NCBI GenBank assembly: GCA_022842935.1
Contig: JALHOP010000011.1
Coordinates: forward strand, 90,206-154,205
From: Myxococcota bacterium
GTDB taxonomy: Bacteria > Myxococcota > XYA12-FULL-58-9 > JALHOP01
Length of the DNA: 64,000 nt
Direction of reading: 5' to 3'
The notes under the pieces are model-generated. The model was not told the origin of the DNA and did not search any database. It saw only the letters and a list, made by a program, of their open reading frames with translations. Numbering within the stretch: position 1 is the stretch's first letter; each line of letters begins with the position of its first letter. Both the position numbers and the translations under genes were made by a program. This document shows positions 1 to 9,660 of the stretch, piece after piece.

Positions 1-91
1 GAGCCGATGGCGCGGCGCCGGGAATCAAAGCGGCGAGACCTCGCCCAAGAGCTGCGCGCTTCGGAGCGCCTGTATCTTTGTTGTGGTCCAT
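1..91 (-). CDS. parB: ParB/Spo0J partition protein, N-terminal 30 codons only (runs off the left edge)
   Basis: Not in the ORF track because it is truncated. The minus-strand ATG at 91..89 translates to MDHNKDTGAPKRAALGRGLAALIPGAAPSA. This contains the conserved ParB N-terminal K/R-x-x-LGRGLxALI peptide. It lies downstream of parA. Confidence 0.75.
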   Translation of the reverse strand, partial: MDHNKDTGAPKRAALGRGLAALIPGAAPSA

Positions 92-137
92 CGTACTTCC
101 CCCGGCAATCACGTCAGTCATCTCGAAGCTCGCTCTT

Positions 138-228
138 CGGTTTTCGGCTATCGGTTTTCGGCTATCGGTTTTCGGCTATCGGCTATCGGCTATCGGCTGT
201 CGGCTGTCGGCTGTCGGCTGTCGGCTAT
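138..228. repeat. Tandem heptanucleotide array, 13 phased units: (CGGTTTT CGGCTAT)x3, CGGCTAT x2, CGGCTGT x4, CGGCTAT
   Basis: Read directly from the sequence. Exact 7-bp periodicity runs from 138 to 228, inside the parA-parB spacer. A C10 run follows at 250..259. Confidence 0.95.
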
Positions 229-258
229 CCGGCCCGCTCGGGTCATCGGCCCCCCCCC

Positions 259-1041
259 CTACGCCGCGCTGTTTGCCATAGCGGAGTGCTCGAGCATCTC
301 CCGTGCGAGCTCGAGGTAGCTTTGGCAGCCACGCGAACCGACGTCGTAGAGCAAGATGGGTTTGCCAAAGCTGGGTGCTTCGGAAAGGCGAACGTTGCGC
401 GGGATGACAGCCTTGAAAACGGGCCCGGTGAAGTTTGCACGCACGTCATCGGCGACCTGGCGGGCCAGGTTGTTGCGCGCATCGAACATCGTGAGGAGGA
501 CGCCCTCGACGGAGAGGTTCGGGTTCGGGCCCGCGCGCACCATCTCGAGAGTGCGGGTGAGCTGACTCAACCCCTCGAGCGCGTAGTACTCGGTCTGGAG
601 TGGAATGAGCACCGAGTCGGAGGCGCATAGGGCGTTGAGGGTCAGAACACCGAGCGAGGGTGGGCAGTCGATGAGGATGATGTCGTAGTTGTCGACCACT
701 GGCGCGAGCGCGTCCTTCAGGCGCATGTAGCGATCGCTCTGCTGAATGAGCTCGACGTCGGCGCCGTAGAGGTCGGGCCCGGAGGCGACGAGATGCAACG
801 TCGGCAGCTCGGTGGAGCGAATGAGCTGCCGCATAGGGCGGGTGCCCGCTAAAGCGGCGTACACGCTGTCGTCCATGGGCTGTGGCCCGACGCCGAGGCC
901 GCTGCTCGCGTTCGCTTGCGGGTCCATGTCGACGAGCAAGATGCGGCGTTCGGCGGCGGCGATCGATGCGGCGAGATTGACGGCGGTCGTGGTCTTGCCG
1001 ACCCCACCTTTCTGATTGGCGATTGCGATGATCTTGGCCAT
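259..1041 (-). CDS. parA: ParA/Soj chromosome-partitioning ATPase
   Basis: ORF 259..1113 trimmed to the ATG at 1041. It reads MAKIIAIANQKGGVGKTTTAVNLA (deviant Walker A), then LLVDMDPQANASSGLG. It sits in the classic rsmG-parA-parB context. Confidence 0.93.
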   Translation of the reverse strand: MAKIIAIANQKGGVGKTTTAVNLAASIAAAERRILLVDMDPQANASSGLGVGPQPMDDSVYAALAGTRPMRQLIRSTELPTLHLVASGPDLYGADVELIQQSDRYMRLKDALAPVVDNYDIILIDCPPSLGVLTLNALCASDSVLIPLQTEYYALEGLSQLTRTLEMVRAGPNPNLSVEGVLLTMFDARNNLARQVADDVRANFTGPVFKAVIPRNVRLSEAPSFGKPILLYDVGSRGCQSYLELAREMLEHSAMANSAA

Positions 1042-1173
1042 GCGGGTCACCTCGAGCTGCACACTAACGTGGTGATCTGACGATCTGGGGGGCAGGACAT
1101 AGTTCGCGCGCATCTCAGTAGGGAAGATTGCGCGATCATTTTTGATCGTGCGGCCGGCCGAGCACCGATGGCC

Positions 1174-1755
1174 TCAGGTGTCCCAGATGTGAAGGGCGTT
1201 CATCTTGCCGTTCACGGCGTAGCGAACGATCTGGGTGGCCGAGCTCGTCAGTGCGTCAGCACGCCAGGCGATGAGGCGGCCACCAGGTGCGAGCCACCGA
1301 AGACAGCTCTTGAGGTCCGATTCGTCGGAGAAGGTAGCCCGGGTCACGACGTTCGCGAAGGCCTCCGGAGGTGCGTCTTCTGAACGACCGATGCGGGTCC
1401 GGACGTTGGACAGCCCAAGCCGGGTCGCGGCAACATCGAGGAAGGTGGTGCGCTTCTGGCGAGGCTCGACAAGAAGCACGCGACGTTCTGGCGCTCCGAT
1501 GGCGAGCGGGATCCCCGGGTACCCAGCCCCCGAACCGAGGTCAACGACGGAGCCCGGAGTCAGGTGGGGGAGGCCGGCGAGCGAGTCCGCATAGTGCGCC
1601 CAAGCCGCTTCGAGATCATTTTTGATCGCTGTGAGGTTGACCCGTTCGTTCCATGCGAGCACGAGCCGCCAATGCTCTTCGCAGTGGCGATATTGGTCGT
1701 CTGAAAGCGACCCGGTCGTGGCATCTCGCAGCGCTGTTGCGAATGTGTGTTTCAC
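1174..1755 (-). CDS. rsmG: 16S rRNA (guanine527-N7)-methyltransferase RsmG (GidB)
   Basis: 193 aa. It carries WNERVNLTAI and the SAM motif VVDLGSGAGYPGIPLAI. It lies immediately upstream of parA. The GTG start (1755..1753) is the central CAC/GTG of parS-1. Confidence 0.88.
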   Translation of the reverse strand: MKHTFATALRDATTGSLSDDQYRHCEEHWRLVLAWNERVNLTAIKNDLEAAWAHYADSLAGLPHLTPGSVVDLGSGAGYPGIPLAIGAPERRVLLVEPRQKRTTFLDVAATRLGLSNVRTRIGRSEDAPPEAFANVVTRATFSDESDLKSCLRWLAPGGRLIAWRADALTSSATQIVRYAVNGKMNALHIWDT

Positions 1756-1763
1756 GTGAAACC
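1748..1763. promoter_or_regulatory. parS: parS centromere-like site 1 (TGTTTCACGTGAAACC, 15/16 to the consensus TGTTTCACGTGAAACA)
   Basis: Palindromic 16-mer read directly from the sequence. It overlaps the rsmG start codon. Confidence 0.85.
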
Positions 1764-1795
1764 TTCTTTAGCGCTCCTCATACATGCGCCCAAGA

Positions 1796-1811
1796 TGTTT
1801 CACGTGAAACC
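1796..1811. promoter_or_regulatory. parS: parS centromere-like site 2 (TGTTTCACGTGAAACC, 15/16)
   Basis: Identical 16-mer 48 bp from site 1, in the presumed rsmG-parAB promoter region. Confidence 0.85.
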
Positions 1812-2700
1812 CCTCGCGTAGCGCTGGCCGCTCCGAGTGGCGCCGTTCAGGACGACGCGCTAGCGCCCCCGCATGCCCAGCGAGCCCCCCTCGCGCCAAC
1901 CCGCCTCCTGGCTCTGGCCGGTCGTGCTGGGTACCGAGCGGCCACCCGCGCTACCCCCAGCGGCACTGGCGAACGACGGCGACGAGCGCGGCCAGCCCGA
2001 CACAGGCTTGGCCAGCCGAACCCCGACGAGGGCGGCTTCGACCCGTTGTCGCCCCGTGCCACCGTCCAGCGGCCGCTGTGCCGCTGGACGGCACCCTGCA
2101 ACTCGCCGCGCAGTGGGTCGACGTCAGCACGCCCGACTTCGCACGCTCGGGCGCCAGGCGAGCCGCGGCCGTACCGCCCCGGGGCGAGCCACCTCACTCG
2201 ACGCGCAGACCGTCCTGGCGACCCGACGCCCGTCATGGCCCCGAGTCGGTCGGTCACCGGGCGGCGGCGGCGCCGACCGACAGCAGGTTGGCAAAGCATC
2301 GACGAGCGGGCCTGCCCGCATGTGCTGCCCCGGCGGCGAGCAGTTGCTGCGAGGTCGAGCCCAGGCGATGCGCCGTGCCGCAGTCCCGGGAACGGGGACG
2401 GAGAATGGGGAACGGAGAATGGGGAACGGGAGCGGGCGGCGGGCCGAACACCGACACTGCCAGAGGCACCAGCCGAATCGGACACCTCGGGCGCCAGGGG
2501 ACCCGGGGGTCGGCGCGGCTTCCGGGGGCGGGGAGAGGCTGGCTCCCCGGCCACCGGCAGTTTCATCGCTTGGGCCAGCGACAAGGCGTGGCCCGCTTGC
2601 TGGGCGGGAGCGGCGACGCTCTCCAGGGGGCGTTGCGCATCTGCGGAGAACGGCGAGAGTTGAAAGGGCGCAGGGGTGCCCCGGGCCCCCGCGCAGAAAA

Positions 2701-2716
2701 AGTTTCACGTGAAACA
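2701..2716. promoter_or_regulatory. parS: parS centromere-like site 3 (AGTTTCACGTGAAACA, 15/16)
   Basis: Palindromic 16-mer at the far end of the ~1-kb GC-rich spacer, just upstream of the 2773 ORF. Confidence 0.85.
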
Positions 2717-2772
2717 TGCCCCCGCCCAAGCATTCCGGGAACCCGCCATGAGACCAGCCGATAACCCCCCGC

Positions 2773-4098
2773 TTGCTCCGCATCCTCCCAAGCCAACGCG
2801 CGCAGCCCCCCGGCATTCCATCCGAGCCCTCCGCCGCTCACCCTTCGCTGATTGTCCCCCTTGGCCCGGCGCAACCCGCGGCGGGGGTGGCCCCAAGCCC
2901 CGAGACGCGCAGCTTGACCCAGCGCGCCGCTGCTGGCCTCGTAAGCAACATCGTCGAGCACCCCACGGGCTGCTACCTCAGCGCCGGCCAGAATCAGTTT
3001 CGGTCGCTCTGGACCCGCGACTTCTGCTGGTCGGTGCCTGGCCTTCTCGCCATTGGGCGTGCGGATGTCGTTCGCGACCACCTGCGCCTGCTGATCGCCT
3101 CCGCGCATCCCAAAACCGCGCTCATCCCCCGCGCCCTCGACAGCATCAACCCGAAGCTCCGCGTGGCTCGAGCGACGCTGGCCTACGCCTTTGGATGCGA
3201 CGCGACCCAGTCCGCGCCAACGAAGCCTCTCGTGCCCGAATACCACGAACAGAACGGGCACCCCTGTATCGACGGTAACCTGCTCACCATTCTGGCGACC
3301 TTGAGGTACGTCGACACGTGTGGGGACGACGCGTTCCTTGCGCTGCACGCCCAAACGCTCGAACGCATCTTTCGCTTCTACGACGACCGACGCGAAGGCG
3401 CCTTGCTCGTCCAGCCCGCCTACTCTGACTGGCAGGATAGTGTGCGCCGCGAGGGCAAGACGCTCTACACGAACCTTCTCTGGTCGGTGACGTTGTGTGA
3501 GTTGGCCAAGCGCGGTCTCTTCGGCGTTACCGACGCGCAGGCCGCGCGGGTTCGCGCGGAGGTCCACACAACATTCTATGAGCCCTCCACGGGCCTGTAC
3601 CGCTCGCTCGCCGAAGGGCCCCACATCTCGATCGACGGCAATCTTCTCGCGATCGATCTCGGATTCAGTCGGGGTTCGGACGCCGAGGCGCTCTATGGGG
3701 CCATGAAGCGACACGCCCTTTGGTCGGCCGGGAACGGGCTACCGGGAGTGCTGACGATGCCGGACTACCCCCGCAAGAGCCGCAACTGGACGGTGCGTTT
3801 GGTGGGTCTCGGTCACTACCACGACCGACTTTCGTGGTCGTGGCTCACCGCCATGAGCGCCAAGGTCGCGAGTCGCGTTGGCGATCAAGCCGAGGCCGAG
3901 CGCATCCTTAACGGGCTCGAGCAGCTGGTAGCTCGCGACGGCACAGTCGCCGAGATCTACGAGCCGAAGCGGACCATGAGGCCCTGGCAGCGCTGGCTTT
4001 ACCACTCCGAACGCCCCTTCTCATGGGGTGCCGCCGTAACTCTCGACGCCGCCAGCCTCGTCGCGGCGAATCGCAGGACACCGCCGGCGAGCATCTGA
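2773..4098 (+). CDS. (alpha/alpha)6-barrel glycoside-hydrolase-like protein (amylo-alpha-1,6-glucosidase / GDE_C-like)
   Basis: 441-aa ORF. Motifs NQFRSLWTRDFCW, PAYSDWQDS and RPFSWGAAV resemble debranching-enzyme-type six-hairpin glycosidases. The first ~47 codons are Pro/Ala-rich and may not be coding; an alternative TTG start is at 2914. Confidence 0.5.
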   Translation: MLRILPSQRAQPPGIPSEPSAAHPSLIVPLGPAQPAAGVAPSPETRSLTQRAAAGLVSNIVEHPTGCYLSAGQNQFRSLWTRDFCWSVPGLLAIGRADVVRDHLRLLIASAHPKTALIPRALDSINPKLRVARATLAYAFGCDATQSAPTKPLVPEYHEQNGHPCIDGNLLTILATLRYVDTCGDDAFLALHAQTLERIFRFYDDRREGALLVQPAYSDWQDSVRREGKTLYTNLLWSVTLCELAKRGLFGVTDAQAARVRAEVHTTFYEPSTGLYRSLAEGPHISIDGNLLAIDLGFSRGSDAEALYGAMKRHALWSAGNGLPGVLTMPDYPRKSRNWTVRLVGLGHYHDRLSWSWLTAMSAKVASRVGDQAEAERILNGLEQLVARDGTVAEIYEPKRTMRPWQRWLYHSERPFSWGAAVTLDAASLVAANRRTPPASI

Positions 4099-4148
4099 GC
4101 ACCGCATCTTTTTGCCCGCGCCGCTCAGCTCAGCTATCGTTCTTGCAG

Positions 4149-4661
4149 ATGCCTCGCGCACGTCCAGCGGAAGCAGGTCGCGAGCTTCACAGCCTACCAC
4201 CGCGACGCCGCGTCAATCGGTTGCTGCTGGGAGTGGGAGCCATCGTCGCTGCCCTCGACCTTTGGCTTCTCCGCGAAGGGTGGCTCTACCCGACGGTTCT
4301 CACTGCGCTCTACGTCGCGACGTTTGTCTGTGCGACCCTTACAAACCGCCGCCTGCCAAACCTCGTCGCCGTGTGCGAAAACGGCCTGCTCGTTGAGAGC
4401 AGGGGTGTCATCGACTGGGTCGACTGGCGTGAGCTCAATTCGGTGGTGCACTTCGAGACGCTTGCTGGCTCGCAATACGATGTGAATGCGAAAGGCGTCG
4501 GCTACCGCCTCAAGCAGAGGGATATCGGCGAGGCCCGCCTGCAGGACATCATCGGGGTCATCATCCATCGCGCGCGCTTCGAGTGGATCAATGCGACGAT
4601 GGCAACGCGACCGGAGATCCTCGAGCGCTATCGCCCGACGCGTATCCAGACACCTGACTGA
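4149..4661 (+). CDS. Hypothetical membrane protein
   Basis: ORF 4023..4661 trimmed to the ATG at 4149. It has two hydrophobic segments (LLLGVGAIVAALDLWLL, TVLTALYVATFVCATL) followed by a soluble domain. Codon usage is GC3-rich. No recognisable family. Confidence 0.5.
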   Translation: MPRARPAEAGRELHSLPPRRRVNRLLLGVGAIVAALDLWLLREGWLYPTVLTALYVATFVCATLTNRRLPNLVAVCENGLLVESRGVIDWVDWRELNSVVHFETLAGSQYDVNAKGVGYRLKQRDIGEARLQDIIGVIIHRARFEWINATMATRPEILERYRPTRIQTPD

Positions 4662-4740
4662 CCCACCTTGCGATCGTCGCAGCGCGGCGTCCCGAAACGC
4701 TGCAGCACGTCGGCCGACCGACCCAGGGGCACCCGACCGC

Positions 4741-6594
4741 TCAGCTCTCGGCGCCTGCCCGATGCGCGTGCACACGCAGTAGTGCGAGCGCCGCCGGCGT
4801 CATCCCCGGGATACGACTCGCCTGGCCGAGCGAGAGTGGCTGGACGCTCGCGAGCTTCTCCTGCACCTCGCGCGACAGCCCGGGGGCGTTCAGATAGGTC
4901 ATCGACGCGGGGAGGCGGAACGCCTCGAGCTCGCGCATGCGCTCGATCTGCTTGGCCTCGCGAGCGATGTAACCGGCGTACTTGATATCTTCGTCGACGA
5001 GCTGAACCGTGTCCGTCGTAGCGGACAGCGCGGCGGCACGCATGACCACCTCTGGGTCGGCTTCGGGTCGGCGTATGACGTCCGCAAGCCGCTGCCCTTG
5101 AATGTTCGTCAGCGCCGGAATGGAGAGGGCAAGAGACGCGGCGAGAGGCGCATCGACCACGCGCTCGGCGAGGGCGGCCCGCAGAGACGACCGCTCGGCC
5201 TCCCGACGTGCGGCGGCCTCGCGACGCTCGCTCGAAAGGAGGCGCCAACCATCAGCGACCTGCCAAAGGCGCTCTTCCGCGTTGGTCTCGCGCAAGGTGA
5301 GTCGGTGCTCCGAGCGCGACGTAAACAAACGATAGGGCTCGTCCACACCCTTGGTGACCAGGTCGTCGATGAGCACGCCGATATACGCTTGGTCACGCCC
5401 AAGGACAGCCGGCGCCTCACCGCCCAACCACCGCACCGCGTTGAGCCCGGCCATCAACCCCTGAGCGGCTGCCTCTTCGTAACCGCTCGTGCCGTTGATC
5501 TGACCTGCAAGGAACAACCCCAGGGCACATTTCACCATCAGTCGCGCATCGAGCTGCGTAGGCTGCGCGTAGTCGTATTCCACCGCGTACCCATACTGCA
5601 GCACACGCGCATGCTCGAGGCCGGGGATGGTCCGAAGAAAGGCGTCCTGGACGTCTTTCGGCAACGAGGTCGATAGGCCGTTCGGATAAACCCGATCGGA
5701 GCTCAGCCCTTCGGGCTCGAGGAAGATCTGATGGCTCTCCTTGTCGCTAAAGCGGACTATCTTGTCTTCTAAAGACGGGCAGTAGCGCGGTCCTCGACCG
5801 ACGATGGTACCGCAGTAAAGAGGAGAGCGATCGAGCCCCGAGCGGATGACCGCGTGCGTCGCGGCGTCGGTATGCGTGATGTGGCAGGGCACCTGCGGCA
5901 GGGTGGAGGGGACCTGGTCAAACGAAAAACGGGGACGCGGCTCGTCACCGTGCTGGACCTCGAGCCGGTCCCAGGCGATCGAGTCAGCGGCGAGACGCGG
6001 TGTCGTACCGGTCTTGAAGCGCCCCAGTGCGACCCCGAGACGAGTGAGCGCCGACGACAAGCGCAACGCCGCGGCGTCCCCGACGCGCCCGCCCGTGAAC
6101 TGCTCGCTGCCCACGTGACACAGACCGTTCAAAAACGTCCCTGTCGTGATGATCACGGCGCGGCAAGCCAAAGAACCACCGCGCGAGAGACTCACACCAG
6201 TCACACGACCATCCACCGAGGTCAGGTCGACGACCTCGTCTTCAATGACCGTGACCCCGGGCGCCGAGGCGATCACGTCCGTCATCGCGGAGCGATAGAG
6301 CGCAGCGTCGGACTGCGCACGCGTCGAGCGAACCGCCGGTCCACGCGACGTGTTCAAGCGGCGAAACTGTATCCCCGTCGCGTCCGCGACCTTTGCCATC
6401 GCCCCACCCAGGGCGTCGATCTCGCGCACGACGTGCCCCTTGGCGACGCCGCCAATCGCCGGATTGCAGCTCATCTGTGCGATGCGATCCGCGCGCAGGG
6501 TCACGAGGCCAACCCGGGCCCCCAGACGCGACGCGGCGAGTGCGGCCTCACAACCCGCGTGCCCGGCGCCAACAACGATCACGTCCAACGTCAT
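4741..6594 (-). CDS. mnmG: tRNA uridine-5-carboxymethylaminomethyl synthesis enzyme MnmG (GidA)
   Basis: ORF trimmed to the ATG at 6594. It reads [20 protein letters not shown] (FAD-binding GxGxxG), then SCNPAIGG, and has the conserved C-terminal [13 protein letters not shown]. Confidence 0.95.
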   Translation of the reverse strand: MTLDVIVVGAGHAGCEAALAASRLGARVGLVTLRADRIAQMSCNPAIGGVAKGHVVREIDALGGAMAKVADATGIQFRRLNTSRGPAVRSTRAQSDAALYRSAMTDVIASAPGVTVIEDEVVDLTSVDGRVTGVSLSRGGSLACRAVIITTGTFLNGLCHVGSEQFTGGRVGDAAALRLSSALTRLGVALGRFKTGTTPRLAADSIAWDRLEVQHGDEPRPRFSFDQVPSTLPQVPCHITHTDAATHAVIRSGLDRSPLYCGTIVGRGPRYCPSLEDKIVRFSDKESHQIFLEPEGLSSDRVYPNGLSTSLPKDVQDAFLRTIPGLEHARVLQYGYAVEYDYAQPTQLDARLMVKCALGLFLAGQINGTSGYEEAAAQGLMAGLNAVRWLGGEAPAVLGRDQAYIGVLIDDLVTKGVDEPYRLFTSRSEHRLTLRETNAEERLWQVADGWRLLSSERREAAARREAERSSLRAALAERVVDAPLAASLALSIPALTNIQGQRLADVIRRPEADPEVVMRAAALSATTDTVQLVDEDIKYAGYIAREAKQIERMRELEAFRLPASMTYLNAPGLSREVQEKLASVQPLSLGQASRIPGMTPAALALLRVHAHRAGAES

Positions 6595-6598
6595 GCCA

Positions 6599-7927
6599 TC
6601 ACTTTCCGATGCAGAAATCCGCAAACACACGATCGAGCACGGCACCATCGACGTTGCGTCCAAGTAGCCGACCAAGGGCAAATGCCCCCGCCTCGAGCGA
6701 CGCGACGACAACATCAACCGTCGCTCCCGCGCGACTCTCGCTCAAGGCCAGCTCAAGAGCCTGGACGGCCTCGCGAAGCTCAGCGACCTGTCGTTCTCTG
6801 ACGACCACGATGTCGCCGGCGCGCACGTCATTGTCGACGCCCCGCGACAGCCGGGAGCGCAGCTCGGCCACACCTTCGCCGGTACGCGCCGAAACCCAGC
6901 CGAGCCAGGCAAGGCCACGCTTCTGCGCTTCGGCCTCGAGCAAGGTTCGCCGTGAAACACTCGCCTGGTCCGCTTTGCCACCGACAACCTTGGCCTCGAT
7001 GCCCTCGGGAGGCCAGACCGGCGCGTCGGGAGCCAGCACCCAGACAGCGAGATCTGCCGCCCGCGCCCGCTCGAGCGCCAGGGCAATCCCGCGCGCCTCG
7101 AGGCCAACGGCCTCCGCACGAAACCCTGCGGTGTCCCAGACCGACCAGCGCTGCAGGCCCTCCGTCATCTCGACCTCGATGGGGTCGCGCGTCGTTCCGG
7201 GCGCGTCATCAACCAGTACGCGCTCGGTGCCGCTCCAGGCGTTGAGCAGGCTCGACTTACCGACATTGGGGGCGCCGAACAAAACGACCGTTCGTGCTTT
7301 TTTCGCTTCGGGTCGCGCCCGCTCAACGAGCCCCCGCAGCTCCGCAACAACCTCCGCCACGACTTCGACATGCGCCGCCGAGAGTCCGGCTCCCGTATCG
7401 TATTCCGGAAAGTCGAAGCTCGCCCGGCCCTCGGCAACGACCTCTTCGAGGCGTGTCAGCAACGCGCCAATCCGCTCGGAGAGGGCTCCACCGAGCTGCG
7501 CGTTGGCCTGTGCCAGCTGGCGTGCGTTGGTCGCCGCGAGCACATCGATCACCGCCTCGGCCTGGGTAAGGTCCATACGCCCGCTGGTGAACGCCCGCAG
7601 GGTGAACTCACCCGGCTCGGCGACCCGCGCCCCAAGGGCGCATGCGCGCGCGACGACCTGCTCGACCACGAAGCGCGACCCATGCAGGTGCAGCTCGACC
7701 ACGTCTTCGCCAGTGTAGGAGCGCGGTCCTGGCATCTCGACGACGAGTGCGTCGTCGATGCGGGCCCCCTCGGCATCGCGCACCGTCGCCCGATGCATCA
7801 CACGGGCCTGGCGTCGCCCTGGGGCGAGCGCCTGTGCGATAACGCGCGCATCCCGGCCCGACAGACGCACGACCGCAACCGCCGCCTCGCCGGGCGCCGT
7901 CGCGGGGGCAACGATCGTGTCGGTCAT
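6599..7927 (-). CDS. mnmE: tRNA modification GTPase MnmE (TrmE)
   Basis: ORF trimmed to the ATG at 7927 ([13 protein letters not shown]). G-domain motifs are [12 protein letters not shown] and DTAG. The C-terminus has the hallmark CIGK. It is adjacent to mnmG. Confidence 0.93.
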   Translation of the reverse strand: MTDTIVAPATAPGEAAVAVVRLSGRDARVIAQALAPGRRQARVMHRATVRDAEGARIDDALVVEMPGPRSYTGEDVVELHLHGSRFVVEQVVARACALGARVAEPGEFTLRAFTSGRMDLTQAEAVIDVLAATNARQLAQANAQLGGALSERIGALLTRLEEVVAEGRASFDFPEYDTGAGLSAAHVEVVAEVVAELRGLVERARPEAKKARTVVLFGAPNVGKSSLLNAWSGTERVLVDDAPGTTRDPIEVEMTEGLQRWSVWDTAGFRAEAVGLEARGIALALERARAADLAVWVLAPDAPVWPPEGIEAKVVGGKADQASVSRRTLLEAEAQKRGLAWLGWVSARTGEGVAELRSRLSRGVDNDVRAGDIVVVRERQVAELREAVQALELALSESRAGATVDVVVASLEAGAFALGRLLGRNVDGAVLDRVFADFCIGK

Positions 7928-8089
7928 GGTGGCGATGGGTTCTTGCACGGCGGGCCGCCATAACACGTCGCGACCGAACCCGTCAGCCAGTGCCGCCAGC
8001 GAGGGAGCGCTGAACACCAGTTCACCGCTCCCTCATGCGGTCGCCGAAAACACGCCCCCCTTCGGGTTCGGTGTTACGCTTGAACGCAC

Positions 8090-9535
8090 ATGTCGGAGAG
8101 CTCCGAGACCCGCACCCACCGCCCCCGCTTCAGTCTCAGCGTCAAGCTCAGCATCGGCCTCACTCTCATCATCGGCATCCTCTTCTCGGCCATCAACGTC
8201 TGGAACATCACGACACACCGCGAGGCCCGGCGCCGCGATGCCGCCAACGCCGCAAGCACCATCATGTCGATCGCCGCATCGACTCTCGTCTCGGAGCTCG
8301 CCAACACAGCGCTTCAGAGCGAGCGCTTCAAGACCGTTGTCCGCAATATCGGAACGACCAACAAGAATCTGAACAGCGACGACAAGACGCTCGCTTATCT
8401 ACTGGTGACCGACAATCAGAAGCGCGTCATCACCGGCTTCGCAAAACCGAGCGTCACGGTCTTTCCGGGCGGCGTCACGTACCAAGACGAGCAGACCGTG
8501 CTCGAGAACATCGCCAAGCTCGAGGGCAATCTGGGCGGCTTCATGCGCGCCAAGTCCTTCAAGTTCACTGTCCCCCAAACGGGCGAACAAGGACGCCTCC
8601 TTGTCGGTCTCTCGCTCGCGCAGGTCGAGGTCGAAGGTCGCCGTGACCTCATCGTCAACCTCGGCGTGCTTTTCGCGGCGCTGGTCGCGCTCTTGATTTA
8701 TTCGAGCATGACCCTGAGCCGCATGGTCATCCAGCCCATCACCGCGATCATGAGCTCGATGCGCAAGCTCCGCGACGGCGATCTGTCGACCCGCGCCAAC
8801 ATCCGACGCAGCGACGAAATCGGCATTCTCGCCGACACGTACAACTTTATGGTTCAGGGGCTCTCCGAGCGTGAAAAGCTCAAGGACGCCTTCAATCGAT
8901 ACGTTTCCAAGCAGGTCTACAAACAGCTCGAGGCCGGCGCCATTCGCCTGACCGGAGAGCAGCGCGAAGCCACTATCCTGTTCAGCGATATCCGCAGCTT
9001 CACGGCCCTCTCCGAACAGCTTACCCCCCGCGACGTCGTCACCATGCTCAACGAATACTTCAACGAGATGGTCGAGATCGTCTTCAAACACGACGGCTTC
9101 TTGAACAAGTTCATTGGTGACGCGCTGATGGCCGTCTACAACGCGCCCATCGAACAACCCGAGCCCGAGCTGCGCGCCGTCCGCACCGCGCTCGAAATGC
9201 TCGACGCCCTCCAGAAGCTCAACCAGAAGCGGACGGGTCGCGGGCAGTTTCCCCTGCGCATCGGCATCGGTATCAACACGGGGCCCGTGGTCGCAGGCAA
9301 CATCGGCCACGAGCAACGTCTCGAATACACGGTCATTGGCGACGCCGTGAACCTCGCACAACGCATCGAGAGCCAGACCAAAGTCACCGGCAGCTCGCTG
9401 CTCATCTCAGAGACGACCTACGCCAAGATCGCGAAATACGTTATCGCGGAGGCTCTTCCGCCGGTGAAGATGAAGGGCAAACAGGAGGCGGTCGCCCTCT
9501 ACGCCGTCCAGGCCCTGCGCCGAGCCCCAGCGTAG
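8090..9535 (+). CDS. Membrane-bound class III adenylate/guanylate cyclase with a HAMP domain
   Basis: 481 aa. It has two TM segments flanking a periplasmic region, then a HAMP segment (IQPITAIMSSMRKLRDGDLSTR...EIGILADTYNFMV). The cyclase core reads ATILFSDIRSFTALSE...NKFIGDALMAVYNAP...IGINTGPVVAGNIG. Confidence 0.88.
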   Translation: MSESSETRTHRPRFSLSVKLSIGLTLIIGILFSAINVWNITTHREARRRDAANAASTIMSIAASTLVSELANTALQSERFKTVVRNIGTTNKNLNSDDKTLAYLLVTDNQKRVITGFAKPSVTVFPGGVTYQDEQTVLENIAKLEGNLGGFMRAKSFKFTVPQTGEQGRLLVGLSLAQVEVEGRRDLIVNLGVLFAALVALLIYSSMTLSRMVIQPITAIMSSMRKLRDGDLSTRANIRRSDEIGILADTYNFMVQGLSEREKLKDAFNRYVSKQVYKQLEAGAIRLTGEQREATILFSDIRSFTALSEQLTPRDVVTMLNEYFNEMVEIVFKHDGFLNKFIGDALMAVYNAPIEQPEPELRAVRTALEMLDALQKLNQKRTGRGQFPLRIGIGINTGPVVAGNIGHEQRLEYTVIGDAVNLAQRIESQTKVTGSSLLISETTYAKIAKYVIAEALPPVKMKGKQEAVALYAVQALRRAPA

Positions 9536-9660
9536 AGACACCACGTCAGATCGACGAGCCGCGCCTACGCTCTCTTGCGCGTCGATACCTCCGGGCGTGC
9601 CGCCTTTGCCCGGAGCCTACCTTGACGACCCGACGACCTGAGCGCCCCCTCTCTGAAACC

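Noticed and set aside
138-228. Whether the heptamer array could be a CRISPR array or a coding repeat
   Set aside because: The units are only 7 bp with no spacers, so it is not a CRISPR array. The period is not divisible by 3, and no reading frame connects it to parA or parB.
7-630. 207-aa plus-strand ORF, with nested ORFs at 78..281 and 83..319, covering the heptamer array and the parA 3' end
   Set aside because: It is antisense to parA over most of its length. The remainder is just the repeat translated into FGYRLSA-type periodic nonsense. The true genes here are parB (minus, start 91) and parA.
2400-2427. Direct 14-bp duplication GGAGAATGGGGAAC x2, with a partial third copy upstream
   Set aside because: It is real but tiny, with only two full copies and no obvious partner sites. 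I treat it as a local slippage event inside the spacer.
1653-2816. Several 230-336-aa ORFs on both strands in the rsmG-to-2773 spacer
   Set aside because: All are dominated by Arg/Pro/Ala/Gly runs with no hydrophobic core or motif. They overlap one another in every frame, which is typical of stop-codon-poor GC-rich non-coding DNA.
6944-6959. Possible fourth parS (GGTTCGCCGTGAAACA) inside mnmE
   Set aside because: Only the right half-site matches, about 12/16 overall with a broken palindrome. Similar GTGAAAC half-sites occur elsewhere by chance.
6393-7718. 441-aa plus-strand ORF
   Set aside because: It is a shadow ORF antisense to mnmE/mnmG with Ser/Arg/Pro/Ala-rich junk composition. The opposite-strand genes have unambiguous motifs.
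8399-9361. 320-aa minus-strand ORF
   Set aside because: It is antisense to the adenylate cyclase gene, whose HAMP and cyclase motifs are clear.
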